From the NCBI GenBank assembly GCA_000708835.1, contig DF237431.1, positions 6,590 to 70,589 of the forward strand: a DNA stretch of 64,000 nucleotides, in the 5' to 3' direction. This stretch comes from Klebsormidium nitens. Its lineage: Eukaryota; Plantae; Klebsormidiophyceae. Position 1 is the first letter of the stretch. Every line of letters begins with the position of its first letter. A model generated the notes under the pieces. That model was not told the DNA's origin and ran no database searches. It saw nothing but the letters and a program-made list of their open reading frames with translations. Below are positions 62,323 to 64,000 of the stretch, in pieces. Both the position numbers and the translations under genes were made by a program.

Positions 62323-63460
62323 CTGCAAAAGGGTGGTGCAGGTTAGATAATCCTAAAACAGTTGCTCAGGGGCCTACTTGTGCCAAATGCTTTATCTACT
62401 AGGAAGCAGAGAGTTGTTGCACAGGTAAGAAGGACCATTTTTGAATGGGTTGCTGTGCTGAGAGGGTTTCATGTTGACCCTGTGTATATGGTATGTTGGC
62501 CCTAAAAACTGCGAGTAGGTGGCGCCGCCGCCCTGACTTTGATGATCAGAACACTCTGTTTGTGGTGGTGGTGAGAATCCGAAGTTTTGTCCTTGCCTGA
62601 CCGAGTGGAAAAGTTGATTCATGAAAGCAACATTGAAGTTGCGCAAGCACAAATTTCAAGGAACTCTTAAGGAGAGCATTCCAACACCACCACCAGCACA
62701 AAGATCAGGCGTCACGTCTGTCGCTTCGACGTTTGGATTGGACAGTACTGGAGATTTTTCTGGCGTTCCACTCTAGTGTTATCAATGGCGCGCACCAGCT
62801 CTGCAGCTACGTACTTAGCTGACATGGCCTGGTCAGCTCACCTTCCTGCAAAGATTTTCGGCACGCACCCTGAGAGGACCATTCCTTTGCGTCCAGTTAT
62901 GCAGCTTGTGCGTCGCCCCTTACACTAGAGAGCCTTACGTCCGAGGCTCATTACCTTTCCATTCTGCGAACAGCTACGGTACCGCGCTGCCGCCGACGTA
63001 CTGGTTCTATCTGCAAACCACGGTGCGAGGCACTGCTACTCTATGCTCCATGTTGATAATCACCAAAATCTAGCACTTAGAAGATCTTATGCAGCTGCTG
63101 CACTGGCTCAGGCTGTCGTGAAGAACATGTCTCGCATGAGGGCCGGAGCAGATTAGGGTTCCACAATTAGGCCCCCAATTTTCAAGCCACAATTCAACCC
63201 ATACGGACCGCCATCTGAATGGATCCTACGGTGCCCATGGAAGTTAGGAGATGCGGCCACAGCTTTTGAGGGGGGGCGGCAGCCCCCCCCGATAGCTTGG
63301 GTGCTTAGCTGTGAGCCTGTGCTGTGAACGTGTACGTGAGGTTCACATCCATCCAGACTGACGAGGGGGGGTTCGGGGGGCGTAGCCCCCCCGATTCATC
63401 AAGTAAGAGGCCAAACTTATTAGTTTATAGTTTTAAAACCCTCTGGCCTTACCATCCGTT

Positions 63461-63570
63461 GCGCACTTGGTGTAGTGGTAACATATATGCCTCCCGGTGC
63501 TTACGTCGACATGACGCTAATGCTCTACGAGGTTACGCATATGCCCGGGGTTCGATTCCCCGAGTGCGCA
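63461..63570 (+). tRNA. trnG-CCC: tRNA-Gly(CCC) with a 39-nt intron at the canonical 37/38 position (63497-63535)
   Basis: Acceptor stem GCGCACT/AGTGCGC, discriminator A, D arm GTGT-AGTGGTA-ACAT, anticodon stem TATGC/GCATA with loop CT-CCC-G^C, T arm CGGGG-TTCGATT-CCCCG. Intron contains GAGG, complementary to CCTC at the anticodon arm. Confidence 0.9.
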
Positions 63571-63584
63571 TTCAAAACAGTACA

Positions 63585-63590
63585 TTTTTT
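63585..63590 (+). terminator. RNA polymerase III oligo-T terminator
   Basis: TTTTTT 15 nt downstream of the tRNA. Confidence 0.75.
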
Positions 63591-64000
63591 GGCACTTATT
63601 TTCCTCCAACGCTTCTTCACTTTTAGAGAGACCCCGGCACCCCCCGGCTTCAAGCTCCCGATGGCCCTTGTTAACCCTCTCCCCATTGCCCATCCTCGCT
63701 TGCTGAGCCTTAAATGATGCTCAATGGACTTACATGATGAGTAATATCTCCTTTGATTACAGATATCTTCTTCACCTTTATGACATTCAACTAAACGGAG
63801 GGGCTGCCACCCCCCATCATTGGAGTCCAATCAAACCATAGAGACGGCATCATGCCGCATTAGACCCAAATAACAATGAATACGCAATTCATGAGGATGA
63901 AGGTTGGTAGAATGGAATGTAGAAGACAGCAGCCCCATCTCTTGTCACGGGCTCATACGAGTACCTAAGTACCATTGTGACGGTTGGACAGGGTCACACG

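Larger units (their letters stand above)
63270..63815. repeat. Three G-run/C-run hairpin motifs (GGGGGG-CGNNG-CCCCCC) flanking the tRNA; outer two inverted
   Basis: 63270-63290 gggggggcggcagcccccccc; 63375-63392 ggggggcgtagccccccc; 63797-63815, which reads ggggggtggcagcccctcc on the minus strand. Confidence 0.55.

Overview
This is a eukaryotic, intron-rich (GT-AG, occasionally GC-AG), fairly GC-rich window. The gene content (RBOH-like, WRC-type fingers, plant-type RING-H2, CLC) points to a green plant lineage, most plausibly a charophyte alga such as Klebsormidium; this is inference, not a database result. From left to right it holds: (1) a truncated RBOH/NOX-like gene; (2) a large minus-strand multi-domain gene with EsV-1-7-like Cys repeats, two WRC-like fingers, a degenerate WRKY-like finger and a winged helix; (3) a 12.2-kb KDZ/Zisupton-like DNA transposon bounded by ~150-bp imperfect TIRs (11502-23732). 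It encodes an intact 5-exon transposase ending in a SAM domain and, convergently, a cargo gene that also ends in a SAM-like domain; (4) a RING-H2 E3 ligase; (5) orphan minus-strand exons; (6) an indoleamine 2,3-dioxygenase-family gene with a transit-peptide-like leader; (7) a 26-exon HRQ1/MrfA-type DEAH+DUF1998 helicase; (8) a 19-exon CLC channel/transporter with a non-canonical selectivity motif; (9) an intron-containing tRNA-Gly(CCC). The best candidates for something new are the twin-SAM KDZ element, the composite zinc-finger protein, and recurrent decayed tandem 'echoes' of exon boundaries inside introns. I built all exon models by hand from splice signals and checked reading frames by length arithmetic; domain names come from motif recognition, not searches.
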